Part shown: positions 39,694 to 52,690 of the stretch, in pieces | Numbering within the stretch: the stretch's first letter is position 1 | Layout: the number at the start of each line of letters is the position of its first letter | Assembly: GCA_030431375.1 (NCBI GenBank) | Contig: JAUIIY010000007.1 | Location: 4,228 to 68,227, forward strand | Direction: 5' to 3' | Length of the DNA: 64,000 nucleotides | Origin: Alphaproteobacteria bacterium | GTDB taxonomy: Bacteria; Pseudomonadota; Alphaproteobacteria; Rickettsiales; JABSSG01 | Notes under the pieces: model-generated | What the model was told of the DNA's origin: nothing | What the model saw: only the letters and a program-made list of their open reading frames with translations | The model's database searches: none | Made by a program: the position numbers and the translations under genes

Positions 39694-40212
39694 TTACTTA
39701 ACGTGTCTCATTACATAAATATTTTCAGCTGAGACCCCGTCATCATCATAGCGCAAGAATTCAAAGCCAGCTTTTTCGTAACATCTAATTGCAGCTTTGT
39801 TGCTAGCAATGGGATCAATTAAGATTTGATCACAATCAAATTTATCGTAAATAACATCTATGAACTTCTTTACAGCTAAAGATCCTATACCTTTTCCCAG
39901 ATGATCTTCTTCACCTATAAAAATATCAACACAAAAGCTCTTTGCTTTGTCATTTTTATATACACCCTCACCGTCTGGATTAAGTTTGTAATATGCATCT
40001 AAATCACAACACTGAATATAGCCAACCGGCTTATTATCACTATAAATAACGAATGGATATGTGTGGCCATTTTTTCCACCTATTTTTTCTAGGATTTTTT
40101 CAGGAGGTTCATAACCTTCCAGAAACCAGCTATTCTTCACATGGTCTTTTTCTTTCCACATGTTCCAGAGCTGCAAATGCTCTAAGTTAAAATCTTTGAT
40201 AGTAATTTTCAT
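39694..40212 (-). CDS. GNAT N-acetyltransferase (AAC(6')-like subgroup)
   Basis: VGYIQ, DIFIGE...GKGIG, DP..SN.AAIRCYEKAGF. Confidence 0.88.
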   Translation of the reverse strand: MKITIKDFNLEHLQLWNMWKEKDHVKNSWFLEGYEPPEKILEKIGGKNGHTYPFVIYSDNKPVGYIQCCDLDAYYKLNPDGEGVYKNDKAKSFCVDIFIGEEDHLGKGIGSLAVKKFIDVIYDKFDCDQILIDPIASNKAAIRCYEKAGFEFLRYDDDGVSAENIYVMRHVK

Positions 40213-40282
40213 ATTTCTTTAAAAATTTGACTTTCCTTTAGATAAATATTAATTGATAATATCCTAATTAACATAGTAAATC

Positions 40283-41239
40283 ATGACAGCATTTGAAATT
40301 TTTACATCTCCCTTTATCCAATTATTTATCTTAGGTCTAGTAGCTGGCATATTCAAATCGGATTTGAATATACCTGAAGACTTCACAAAAGCGATTACTT
40401 TATATTTGATGCTTGCGATTGGACTCAAAGGCGGTGTGACTTTAGCAAATAACGAAGTACAACCTATATTTCTCATTAAAATAGCTACCACAGGAGTCTT
40501 GGTCGGATTTTTATTACCATTTCTTGGATATATTTTTCTGAAAAAATTTACTTCTCTAGACCAAATAAACTCAGCTAATATAGCATCTCATTATGGCTCT
40601 ATAAGTGCTGTTACATTCAGCTATACCCTAAGCTTCCTTGACAGAGCACATATACCATATAGTGCATATATGATTACTTTGATGGCATTAATGGAATCAC
40701 CTGGTATTATAGCAGGACTTATGCTTGCAAGAAAAAACTCAAAAAAATCTATCTTCAGCAAATGTTTATTAAGTGAAGTATTATTAAACTCAAGTATTGT
40801 TTTATTACTGGGGGGTATGATAATTGGATATACTTCACCCCAAAATCAGATTTTACTTATCAAACCTTATTTGATTGATCCTTTTTATGGTATCTTATGC
40901 TTGTTCATGCTGGAAATGGGATTATTAGTAGCCAAGCACTCACATAGTCTAAAGAAAATAAGCCCGAAAGTCTTCGCCTTTGGTATTTATATGCCAATTA
41001 TTAGTGCGATGATCGGCATTCTTCTAAGCGCCATATTAGGTTTTCAGGTAGGTAATGCTTTGTTATTTTCTACATTATGCGCTGGAGCCTCATATATTGC
41101 GGTACCAGCAACCATGAAACATGCCTTACCGAAAGCAAATCACTCATTAAGCATAACATTATCTTTATGCATAACCTTTACTTTTAATATTATTCTTGGT
41201 GTTCCATTATATTATTATATAATCCAATTTATTTTGTAG
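40283..41239 (+). CDS. sbtA: SbtA family sodium-dependent bicarbonate transporter
   Basis: KSDL, YLMLAIGLKGG, HYGSISAVTF, MESP, ASYIAVPA. Confidence 0.9.
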   Translation: MTAFEIFTSPFIQLFILGLVAGIFKSDLNIPEDFTKAITLYLMLAIGLKGGVTLANNEVQPIFLIKIATTGVLVGFLLPFLGYIFLKKFTSLDQINSANIASHYGSISAVTFSYTLSFLDRAHIPYSAYMITLMALMESPGIIAGLMLARKNSKKSIFSKCLLSEVLLNSSIVLLLGGMIIGYTSPQNQILLIKPYLIDPFYGILCLFMLEMGLLVAKHSHSLKKISPKVFAFGIYMPIISAMIGILLSAILGFQVGNALLFSTLCAGASYIAVPATMKHALPKANHSLSITLSLCITFTFNIILGVPLYYYIIQFIL

Positions 41240-41241
41240 TT

Positions 41242-41895
41242 ATGATCATTACTCTCGATTCAATTTCAAAACCAGAAAGCATAGTAAAAATTGCTCAGCA
41301 ATTAATGTTCTTATTTAACAAATTGGAGATTGAATGCACTACAATAGCTGATAGGCACATTATTGACATATCTGATTTAGATAAACAGCTGCTTAATTAC
41401 AAATCTCATAAAGTGTTTTTGCTTCTACCACTTGCCAATAAACAAAATATCAAAGCTGAAATGATGATTAATTCACATTTAGTTTGCACTTTCATCGATG
41501 ATTTTATTGGTGATTTGCCTGAAATAGCATTATCCGCTAATGACCAATATGATGATGTAATTCCAGGAAAATATAGTGCTTATGTTTGGGAACAAAAAAA
41601 GAACAGGGCAAAATACACGAAAAGTAACTTTAACTGGAAGATATACAAAAATTACTCAGCTGTGTTCCAAGATGGAAAAAAAATAAATAGTGAAGCTATA
41701 TTGAGGAAAATCGCGCGCAAGATTGGCACAAAAATTGAACAAGGTGTTTCAAATCTGGGATGTTTTGATAAAGAAAATCTCTTTACCTCACGTAATTTGA
41801 ATATTAGCCAAGTTGTTGCTAAACAAGAAATTATTGGCATTATGCAAAGCTTTGATTCCAAATTCATCAATAGCAGATTAATTAAAAATCTCTGA
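41242..41895 (+). CDS. Hypothetical protein (217 aa)
   Basis: ORF starts 2 bp after the sbtA stop; no recognised motif. Confidence 0.6.
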   Translation: MIITLDSISKPESIVKIAQQLMFLFNKLEIECTTIADRHIIDISDLDKQLLNYKSHKVFLLLPLANKQNIKAEMMINSHLVCTFIDDFIGDLPEIALSANDQYDDVIPGKYSAYVWEQKKNRAKYTKSNFNWKIYKNYSAVFQDGKKINSEAILRKIARKIGTKIEQGVSNLGCFDKENLFTSRNLNISQVVAKQEIIGIMQSFDSKFINSRLIKNL

Positions 41896-43140
41896 TATTT
41901 TTTCTTTTGAGATAGAGCTTCCAATCCTGCCAATTGCTGATAAGCCAACTTTCCCAGAAAAAATCTTATTGGCAATCTCAAATAATTTATCTTTTGTAAT
42001 AGCTTCCAATTTTTCTATAACTTCTTGAGGCTCAATATATCGCCCGTATATAGCAATATCAGCAGCCATTTCAGACCCACGCTGACTTGTAACCTCCCTA
42101 CTCATTAAGAGATTTGCCTTAAATTTGTTTGTAGCTCTTATGATCTCCTGATCATCAATATTTTTACAAATTTTTTGTAATTCTTTGGATATAGCCTCAA
42201 GCATTTTAGGCAAATTATTTACATCTGTACCAGCAAAAATCCCGAAGGTACCAGCATTATGATACGGGCTGATGAAAGATTGAATAGTATATACTAGCCC
42301 AAGATTCTCTCTGATTTCTTGGAATAAACGAGAAGACATCCCATCGCCAAGTATAGAAGAAAGCAAATGAGCTACATAATAATCTTCATCATGATAATCA
42401 ACTCCTTTAAATGACATTGCCAAATGCACTTGATCAAGGTCTTTTTCAATCAAATCTATTCCACCAACAAACTTCGGCACATCAAATATGCTTTCATTAT
42501 TATTTGAATTATGCGAAAAACTTTTTGCGACTGACTCTCTAACCATCTCATGGTCTATTCTTCCTGCCACAGACACAATTACATTATTGCAGCTATAATT
42601 TTTATTCACAAAGCTTATTATCGTATCACGATTGAATTTGAGAACATTTTCTTTATTTCCAATGACTGGCCTGCCTATTGAATAATCCGGATAACAAAGT
42701 TTTTGTAAAGATTCAAACACCACATCGTCAGGATTATCAAAACTATGGGCAATTTCCTGCAAAATAACATTCTTTTCCTTTTCCAATTCTGATTCATCAT
42801 ACACAGAATCAAAAACTATCTCAGACAATAGCTTGAGTAGTATCTCGTAATGCTCCCTAAGACCAACCACATAAAAAACTGTATTTTCTCTTGTTGTGTA
42901 AGCGTTAAAATACGCACCCAAATCTTCAAAAGCTTTTGCGATAGCCAGAGCGTCATGATTTTTTGTCCCCTTAAAGCACATATGTTCAATCACATGCGAT
43001 ATGCCATTCAATTCAGCATTCTCATGCCTGCTACCAACTTTTACCAAAACATTTATGGCAACAACAGCCGAATGAGGCATATTTTTTTTTGCAATAGTAA
43101 GTCCATTCTTTTCTTTTATGATTTTATAATCTTCTTTCAT
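41878..43140 (-). CDS. M16 (pitrilysin/MPP-like) zinc peptidase
   Basis: GSRHE, HVIEH (HxxEH), NAYT, GMSSRLFQEIRE..GLVY. Confidence 0.95.
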   Translation of the reverse strand: MKEDYKIIKEKNGLTIAKKNMPHSAVVAINVLVKVGSRHENAELNGISHVIEHMCFKGTKNHDALAIAKAFEDLGAYFNAYTTRENTVFYVVGLREHYEILLKLLSEIVFDSVYDESELEKEKNVILQEIAHSFDNPDDVVFESLQKLCYPDYSIGRPVIGNKENVLKFNRDTIISFVNKNYSCNNVIVSVAGRIDHEMVRESVAKSFSHNSNNNESIFDVPKFVGGIDLIEKDLDQVHLAMSFKGVDYHDEDYYVAHLLSSILGDGMSSRLFQEIRENLGLVYTIQSFISPYHNAGTFGIFAGTDVNNLPKMLEAISKELQKICKNIDDQEIIRATNKFKANLLMSREVTSQRGSEMAADIAIYGRYIEPQEVIEKLEAITKDKLFEIANKIFSGKVGLSAIGRIGSSISKEKISEIFN

Positions 43141-43217
43141 TATCTTATTTATGTTTACAATTTGGTTTTAGACGATTAGATTCCATGTAACAAGTCTAAA
43201 AAATTCTTTTTACATAT

Positions 43218-43649
43218 ATGAAAAAAATCTTAGTCATTAATGGACCTAATTTAAATCTGTTAAGTAACAGGGCGAGCAATCATTACTCAAATTTTTCATA
43301 TAAAGAACTGGAAGATTTTATAAAAAAGAAAGCTGCAGATTTTGGTATAGAAGCAAACTGCAAGCAATCTAACAATGAGGGTGAAATTATTGACTGGATT
43401 CAATCATATAATGATTTTGACGCGATTATAATTAATCCTGGTGGGTATACCCATAGTTCCGTAGCGATACATGACGCCCTAGAAATTTGTACCAAACCAA
43501 AAATCGAAGTTCATCTATCGAATATACTTAACCGGGAAGAATTCAGAACTACATCAATTACTTCAAAAGCATGTAATGGCTCGATTCTAGGACTTGGGAT
43601 TTTAGGCTATGAGCTTGCTCTTCAAGCTGCTATAAATTTAATAAACTGA
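43218..43649 (+). CDS. aroQ: Type II 3-dehydroquinate dehydratase
   Basis: NGPNLNLL, QSN.EG, INPGGYTHSS, EVHLSN..REEFR. Confidence 0.95.
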   Translation: MKKILVINGPNLNLLSNRASNHYSNFSYKELEDFIKKKAADFGIEANCKQSNNEGEIIDWIQSYNDFDAIIINPGGYTHSSVAIHDALEICTKPKIEVHLSNILNREEFRTTSITSKACNGSILGLGILGYELALQAAINLIN

Positions 43650-45281
43650 TTTTCTCATTGTAACTCTTCAGCCAATCCAGCTCATCTGGGCTTATCAAAC
43701 TAAAATCAATTAACCTATCTTCAAACGGTAACAAAGTAAGTGGCTCAAAATAAAGAGTCTTGTCTATATTTGCTTTTATGCGATATAAATTTTCTATTCT
43801 TATACCATATTCTCCTGCTTTGTAATAACCTGGCTCAATGGATAAAATAAGATTTTCTTTCAGAGGTAGCTTTGAATATTTGCTGATCGAATATGGCCCT
43901 TCATGCACATTAAGAAACGAACCAACTCCATGGCCAGTCCCATGTTGATAATCCAAGCCCTCTTGAACCAAATATTGCCTTGCTAACTTATCAATATCAG
44001 CACCTGTAGTATTATGGTCAAAAATTTTAGAAGCAGCTGCAATATGCCCTTTTAATACAAGCGTGTAATTTCTTTTTTGCTCATCAGACACATTCCCCAC
44101 AGCATAAGTCCTGGTAACATCTGTAGTACCACCAAAATACTGCCCACCTGAGTCTATAAGCAGCAAACCATCTCCTTTTACTAATTTAGAGCCACTCTCC
44201 AACGGGCGATAATGTATTACCGCACCATTATCCTGAAATCCTATAATAGCAGGGAAGCTATCGCTGAAATAATCTGGCTGTTTTTTCCTAAATGATTGCA
44301 AAACATGCGATAATTCATATTCACTATAAAATCTACCTTCGCTAAATTCTGTTCTAAACCATAAAATAAACTCATTCAAAGCTCTTGCATCCTGCTTGTG
44401 GGCATTAACAGCAGATAAGATCTCTTGGCTATTTTTTGATGATTTCCATTCAATTATAGGAGAAGCGATATTTTTCGTGGAGATGTTTTTGACTAAACAG
44501 GAACATGAATTCTCACTGATAATCCTAGCTCCAGATATATTATCGCAGGCAATATAAAATTCATCCATAGATTCAACTTCTATACCCAACTCATTCAAAT
44601 AACGATTAATATTAGACTTTATTACGGCGTTTTCTATAAAAAGACAAATCCCCTGTTTTGAAAAGATAAGCTTAGCAGCAACAGTTGGATTGAACTCATA
44701 ATAATCACCTCTAAGATTCAACAACCAGGCGACGGAATCGCAATCTTCAATTATAAAATATTCAGTATTTTGCTGTTCGAACCACAATTTAAGCTTATCT
44801 AATTTAACACTTGCCGCCTCACCCGCATATTGCTCATCTAAAATAAAAATATTCTGCTTCCTAGCATTCCCCTCACCTTCGCCCATTATCTCGCCTATAA
44901 TAGCATCCCCACAAGTAATGAGGTTTTCTTGCTTTGCTTGCGCAAGAGTCAAATATCTGAATATATTCGGATTAAAAGCAAATTTCTTACCTTTCTCAGT
45001 CTGCTCCTTAATCCAGGCAGCTAAGTTACTTTCAGGTGAAATATGTATAACAGCTTCAGGAACCTGTTGCTTAGCCTGCAATTCATATCTGCCATCGGTA
45101 AAAATATGAGCAGCATTATCTATAACAACACCAATCCCGTTTGAACCAGAAAATCCCAATATTTTCTTTAGCTCATTATCTTCACCTGCTACATATTCAC
45201 TGAAAAATCTATCGAAATTAGATATTAATAACCCATCGCAATTATATTTATGTATAATTTTTTGAATCTCTTCTAGCTTCA

Positions 45282-45282
<1 letters not shown>
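43630..45282 (-). CDS. Aminopeptidase P family (M24B)
   Basis: GFSGSNG, DGRY, DSGGQY..GTTDVTRT, HGTGHGVG, EPGYY, GIRIEN; start coupled to the ligA stop (TAATG). Confidence 0.93.
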
Positions 45283-47378
<2,096 letters not shown>

Positions 47379-47429
47379 TTACAAATTGGAGTCTATCTTA
47401 ACCTGAGTGGCAAATAAAGTGAAGCTATA

Positions 47430-48329
47430 TTATCTCTCTCTTCCTCTTCCTACTCCAGGCCTATCAAGCTTAACCCCTGCCCTTGAAGCGAGCTCTCGTG
47501 TCATCTTTGTATCAAGCCTATGCACTTGCCCTTTTATAGCAACTTCAGCTCCTAGAGCTGCTGATGCAGCTTTCTTACAAGCTTCAGCTGCGCTGATATC
47601 GCCCAAAGCTTCCCTTACATGGGAATCAACTTTACTCACTAAGGCTATCTCATCGCCTTGCCTTTCTCTTCCTTTTGTAAAGAAGTTAGCGATTGCGCTG
47701 AAAAACCTGGTCAAAGATTCCAAAACAATCTCGTGCATTTTCTTTCTATATTCCGGAACTTCAATTTCTCCTTTGTTGAAAAGCTCTTTTCTAATTGATA
47801 AATCTTCTCCTTCACCCATAAGACGAGTACAAACCTCTAAAAAAGGGTTGTTAAATAACCCTGCATCAGACCTGTAATCAGAATCACTTGCTCGAAAGGC
47901 TCTAGAATATTCAGCTGCACTTGCATTTAGATGAGTTCTAGCCAAATCTTCAACCGTTTTAATTTCCTCTAGACCTATTTTAGACCTAGCATCATTATGC
48001 GGCTTTAAGAGCGGTTCAACCTCTGGTGATTTAATCTTTTCTTCAAGTTCTTTATAAGCTTTTTCAAAAACCTCTTTAAAATTCCCTCTAATATCTCTTC
48101 TTTGCTCTTCTGGCAAATCAGCTATTCTAATCCCCAGATATTTTTTTAGCGTTTCATCAAGCTTCCTTTCCAAATCTGCTGCCATTCCGTCGACACGCTC
48201 ACCGAAACCACCAACTTTTGCATCTTTCAGCTGTAAGAACATAATTGGATAAACTGATTTCATCACATTCGCATGCACAGCTTCCATTAATTTTTCACCA
48301 AATTCTTCTGTTGTTGTTACTTTAACCAT
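47430..48329 (-). CDS. Hypothetical helical protein with Arg-rich C-terminus (paralog A)
   Basis: 299-aa ORF with GAGGG SD; shares the ISAAEA motif with the adjacent ORF. Confidence 0.75.
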   Translation of the reverse strand: MVKVTTTEEFGEKLMEAVHANVMKSVYPIMFLQLKDAKVGGFGERVDGMAADLERKLDETLKKYLGIRIADLPEEQRRDIRGNFKEVFEKAYKELEEKIKSPEVEPLLKPHNDARSKIGLEEIKTVEDLARTHLNASAAEYSRAFRASDSDYRSDAGLFNNPFLEVCTRLMGEGEDLSIRKELFNKGEIEVPEYRKKMHEIVLESLTRFFSAIANFFTKGRERQGDEIALVSKVDSHVREALGDISAAEACKKAASAALGAEVAIKGQVHRLDTKMTRELASRAGVKLDRPGVGRGRER

Positions 48330-48348
48330 CTTTTTCCCTCTATAGTTA

Positions 48349-49398
48349 TTATTTTGCTCTAGCAGTAGTTTGTTTAATATTCTCTATACCACCAAGCCCG
48401 CCGACTATCCTATCAACATGCTTAGGATGCAGCACAGCATCTTTAATAGAATCTATGTCATATATTCCATCTCTCATTTGATCTTTAAGAGCAAACAGAG
48501 CCGCTGCTTGTAATGCCTCGGCCGCGCTAATACCTTTAAACCGACCTAGATCATCATAGCTTTTTCTTGGAATATTTCTCCTCAATAGCTCTAATTTTTC
48601 TACATTTAACATTTCATCTTTTGTTTTTTTAACAAAACAACTTTCCAGTTTCTTTACAAGCCCACCAAAAAATTTTCCTAATTTATGAATAAAATTTTTT
48701 CTAACAGCTGTTTCACCAAAAGAATCTTGCCTTGCTAATTTACCTCTATGCTCATTAACATCTAAAATATGCTTTAGTCGTTTCTCTTTATTTCCCTCCC
48801 TTTTTTGAGCAAATTTGGATACTGAACCCTCATGATGCATTGCTAACTGAAAATATTCTTTGACAATTGGATATTTAGAATTAAACGCTTCATGGAAATT
48901 CTCAAATTGTAAATCTTCATCAGGTATATCTGCTAACTCTTTACGAAATCTCTGATACTCTTGATCTATGGCTTGCTCATTACCAGGAGCCACCTCCTTT
49001 AAATAATCACGATGTTTATCTAAAAGTCTAATCATGTATCCACGGTCAAAGTGTTTTGCCAGCTGATTATTTTCATCAATTATTTTGTAAACGGCTTCTC
49101 GCATCATGTCCTTGACCTCAAGAGTCAACGCCTGACCCATTGCCTGGAGGTCAACTCCTAAAAGATCCATTGTTTCATCGCATAATAGCTCAAACGCTCT
49201 TTGCGTAGCTTGCTTAACTTCCCTTTCAACAGCTTCCTTACTATAGCTCTCCTGCATAGCAACAACTGCAATTAACTCGCCATTAATTGACTCAATCACA
49301 GAATGACTAATTGTATCCAATAACTCTCTACCAAGCAGATCTTTATAATCAACTTCTTCACCTAACCCTTCTTGACCAAATCTTTCATATGTCGTCAT
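48349..49398 (-). CDS. Hypothetical helical protein (paralog B)
   Basis: 349-aa ORF with AAGGAG SD; shares the ISAAEA motif. Confidence 0.75.
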   Translation of the reverse strand: MTTYERFGQEGLGEEVDYKDLLGRELLDTISHSVIESINGELIAVVAMQESYSKEAVEREVKQATQRAFELLCDETMDLLGVDLQAMGQALTLEVKDMMREAVYKIIDENNQLAKHFDRGYMIRLLDKHRDYLKEVAPGNEQAIDQEYQRFRKELADIPDEDLQFENFHEAFNSKYPIVKEYFQLAMHHEGSVSKFAQKREGNKEKRLKHILDVNEHRGKLARQDSFGETAVRKNFIHKLGKFFGGLVKKLESCFVKKTKDEMLNVEKLELLRRNIPRKSYDDLGRFKGISAAEALQAAALFALKDQMRDGIYDIDSIKDAVLHPKHVDRIVGGLGGIENIKQTTARAK

Positions 49399-49500
49399 TC
49401 TTTGCTCCTTGAGATCTACAAAAAATCATTCAATTTAAAATGGTACAGAAAAAATTTATATCTGAATAGTAAGAAATAATATGAGTTATTTACTAAATTT

Positions 49501-49523
49501 AACCTGATCTTACAACCTGATCT
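49501..49523. repeat. Short direct repeat AACCTGATCT-TAC-AACCTGATCT
   Basis: Two exact 10-bp copies. Confidence 0.7.
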
Positions 49524-50092
49524 AGGAGTCGGAACGGCTAATAAAAAATAAAAATGGTATTTCCTAGGAGAGGCAAATTAAATCCAGCAGATGCAAAGAA
49601 AAAGAGATCGGAGAAATTAGGATTTTCTCATTTAACCTATCCAACCTCTTGGGTCTCTCAAATTTTAGCCTTTGCAAAACTGCTATTCTGTTCAATAAAC
49701 CGCAACCACCACAATATACTCTGGACAGCCCACAAAAAATCCTTGTCATGTGTACTTAACCTGCTACTTGTACAAGGTGTGATGCCTTTAGATTACGTTT
49801 AAGAGAGCATCGTGATGGGCAGGCAAGACACTAAAAATTATCTTTTTCTTTGTTATATAAATAATAAGACCTATTTTATTGTTAGAGATGTAAATCGAAT
49901 GATAATACCAGGTGGTGTTGTACCATTGATAGATATAAATTCCAGGAAATATGCAGATCTTCATCTCATTTTTATAACAATATGTTTCCGACTATTTTTT
50001 TGCATATTATCTAATTCACACGTGATTGCATTTGAGATCACAGACATTGTGAACGTCAGAAATAATCAATCTAAATATAAAGGAGTGGTGAT

Positions 50093-52492
50093 ATGTTTGG
50101 AGCTGTAACCTCGTTCTTTGGAGGTCGTTCAGAAGTAGCTTTAACAAAGACTCCAGTAAGTAATCTGACTTATTATACGGAGTTACGAAATAATAGAACC
50201 GGCGGATGGTTTAGTATTTATCGTGAGCACACAAATGAAAAAGATATAACTGTAAATATCATTAACTATGTACTAGATGCAATTATTAAGGGGAAATATC
50301 AAGACTGTCATGCTCTGGATATTGGATGTGGAGATGGGTATCTAGCTGAGCAGATTGCTTCTGCTTTGCAAGTCCGCTGTGATAGCTCAGTTACATACAA
50401 TGCAATAGATTTAAATCCTAAATTTATATCTGAGACAGAAAGGAAACTAAAATTTCTAGGTTTTAATTCTGGAGAAAAAGATGGGAAATATAGATCGCAT
50501 ATTATTCATGGAGATTGTTTCGGGAAGGCTTTAGATGATTATGATGGTAAGCCGCTGATTTTTATCATATCTCATCTTGCCTATTATACTCCTGATTTGG
50601 AGACATTTATGAAGACCATCATTGATAAAATGCCATATGATAGTGTAGCAGTTTTTATACACGAATCACCCACAACTGTGGTTAGTCAGTGGAGAGAAAA
50701 ATATAGCTTTGATATTGAAACAAATGCTGCACTAAGAATATCGGATATATTAAGGAAACAAGATAATATTGATTTTTTGGAAACTATTTTCCCCTCCTCA
50801 TTGCAATTTCCATATTTAGATGAGGTAGATAAATTTCGACGTAATGATCAACTTGTACCGAAAGATTACCACGATAATCATCAGAATTACTTGATAGTGA
50901 AAAGCTTAATGGAATTTTTGTTGCAATGCCCAATTGAAAAACTCAGGAATGAAGGAACTTTGAAATATTTTCTCAACGAATTAACTACAGAAGTCATAAA
51001 AAATAATAACCAAATAATTATTTGGGATGTTATGCAGATTGCTATGAAGGTAGAAAAGGGATATTTCAGTAACCTACTGTCTGTTGTACAAGAGAAGGAG
51101 CCAAATCCACGGTTAGAGGAAGCAAAACAGATGCTATCATACTCAAGTGCAAAAGGCTTTACTCCTATGCATTGGGCAGTGCATAATAAACGTGAAGATT
51201 ACGTTGCCACTCTTATCCAAGATGATTATGAAATAGATCTCTTAGATGACAACGGGTTCTCACCTTTACTGATAGCTTTATCAAAAGGTTATGGGAACAT
51301 TGCAAGCACATTGGTTGAAAATGGTGCTAAAATATCTTCAGTTCGCGAATCATTCTTATGTGCTTTTTTTCAAATAAACTTAAGGGATTTCCTAAAGGAA
51401 ACCATCGGCATAGTTACCAAACAATTTCCAGGTTGCAACAAGATTGATTTTAAACATATGTTAAAAGAAGATCTACATTTGTTTTTGGAGGCTGCCAACT
51501 CAGGATATTTACATGTGCAAGTTGCTCTGGCACATTTTTATCAGCGAGGCCTTGGAGTAGAGGAAAATATGGACTAAGCTTTAAAGTGGTACCGTGAAGC
51601 TTCAAAACAAGATCATAATGGGGCTCGATATGCTACAGCCAAAATTATAGAGCAAAAGCTCGAAAAATATAGTATTATGGACTCTTTTTACAGTAATAGC
51701 TTACTATGTGAACTATATTATGGAAATTGCAAATACCTTGAGGAAGTGGAAGAAGAGATTGCTGAAATGTCCGTGTTATATAGGCATGTAGCTGGATCTA
51801 ACAACGTATTCAGCGAAGAAAGCGTATCAAAGCTTGAAGAAATAGCAAAAAAAAGCTACGTCACTAATGATTCTAAAAATTTTATGTACCAAAAATTCCC
51901 TTATGCATTAAGAGAATTAGCTTTTTATAAAATGCTTTCTTCAAAAGCTTCAACGAATGCAGACGAACAGTACCACTTGTGGGAGGAGGGCATGGCACTA
52001 TTAGTTCAAGTAATAAAACAAACTCATAGTGACAAAGAATCAATACGTTATTTAGTTTCGGAATATTGCAGAATGGACAACGATAATCTCTGGAAAGAAA
52101 CTGTTGCAAAGCTGTTTTCTTTTAATAAAGATGATTTTACTTTAAATGAGCAAGCTATAGAAATAACTATTAATATTTATATAAATAAAATCGAGGATGC
52201 TGCTGATATAGCGATACAAGCATTGGACTTTTTACGTAAAGAATATTGTATATTAATTGACGAGGCACATAGTTTAAGTTGGAGTAGCGGATTGATTTAT
52301 GGCAGCACCCAAGCATATATTACTGATACCATAGAAAAAATTAAATATGCTATAAGCAGAGAAATAGCAGGTTGCGCTGGACCTAGCGAACATTGTTTTT
52401 GCTCTAGTTTTGATAGCACTTCAAGTGGGAATAATCTTCTGGAATACACAGTAGAGCCAGCTGGAAATTTTTTAGTATTTGAGGATGAATGA
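50093..52492 (+). pseudogene. Class I SAM methyltransferase - ankyrin - Sel1 protein interrupted by a single in-frame TAA at 51575-51577
   Basis: LDIGCGDG motif I; ankyrin TPMHWAV and SPLLIAL; Sel1 consensus continues across the stop (GLGVEENMD*ALKWYREASKQD) in frame with 51677..52492. Confidence 0.8.
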
Positions 52493-52690
52493 TACTAAAA
52501 CTATAAGGCACTTGTGAACCTTAGCAGAAGAAGTCCTTGGCTTAATGAAACCAAAAAACGTCTATAGCATGGCTGTATTGAACAGGTGTTACCCAATGAT
52601 TGTAGATAACAGTTAAGATTAAGCGCTCTATTGTGTATATTAGCCCTTATAATCCGGAATGTATGGGTAATTGTTAATGGACAGACCTGT

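Noticed and set aside
39694-40212. Calling the GNAT an aminoglycoside resistance gene
   Set aside because: Family resemblance only; the substrate cannot be inferred and there is no mobile context.
49554-50108. Short track ORFs 49554..49802, 49564..49749 and 49812..50108
   Set aside because: No motifs, atypical composition and mutual overlap; not supported as genes.
51575-51577. Alternative genetic code (TAA recoded)
   Set aside because: TAA terminates many conserved genes at their expected lengths (e.g. ribF, ligA, coxC).
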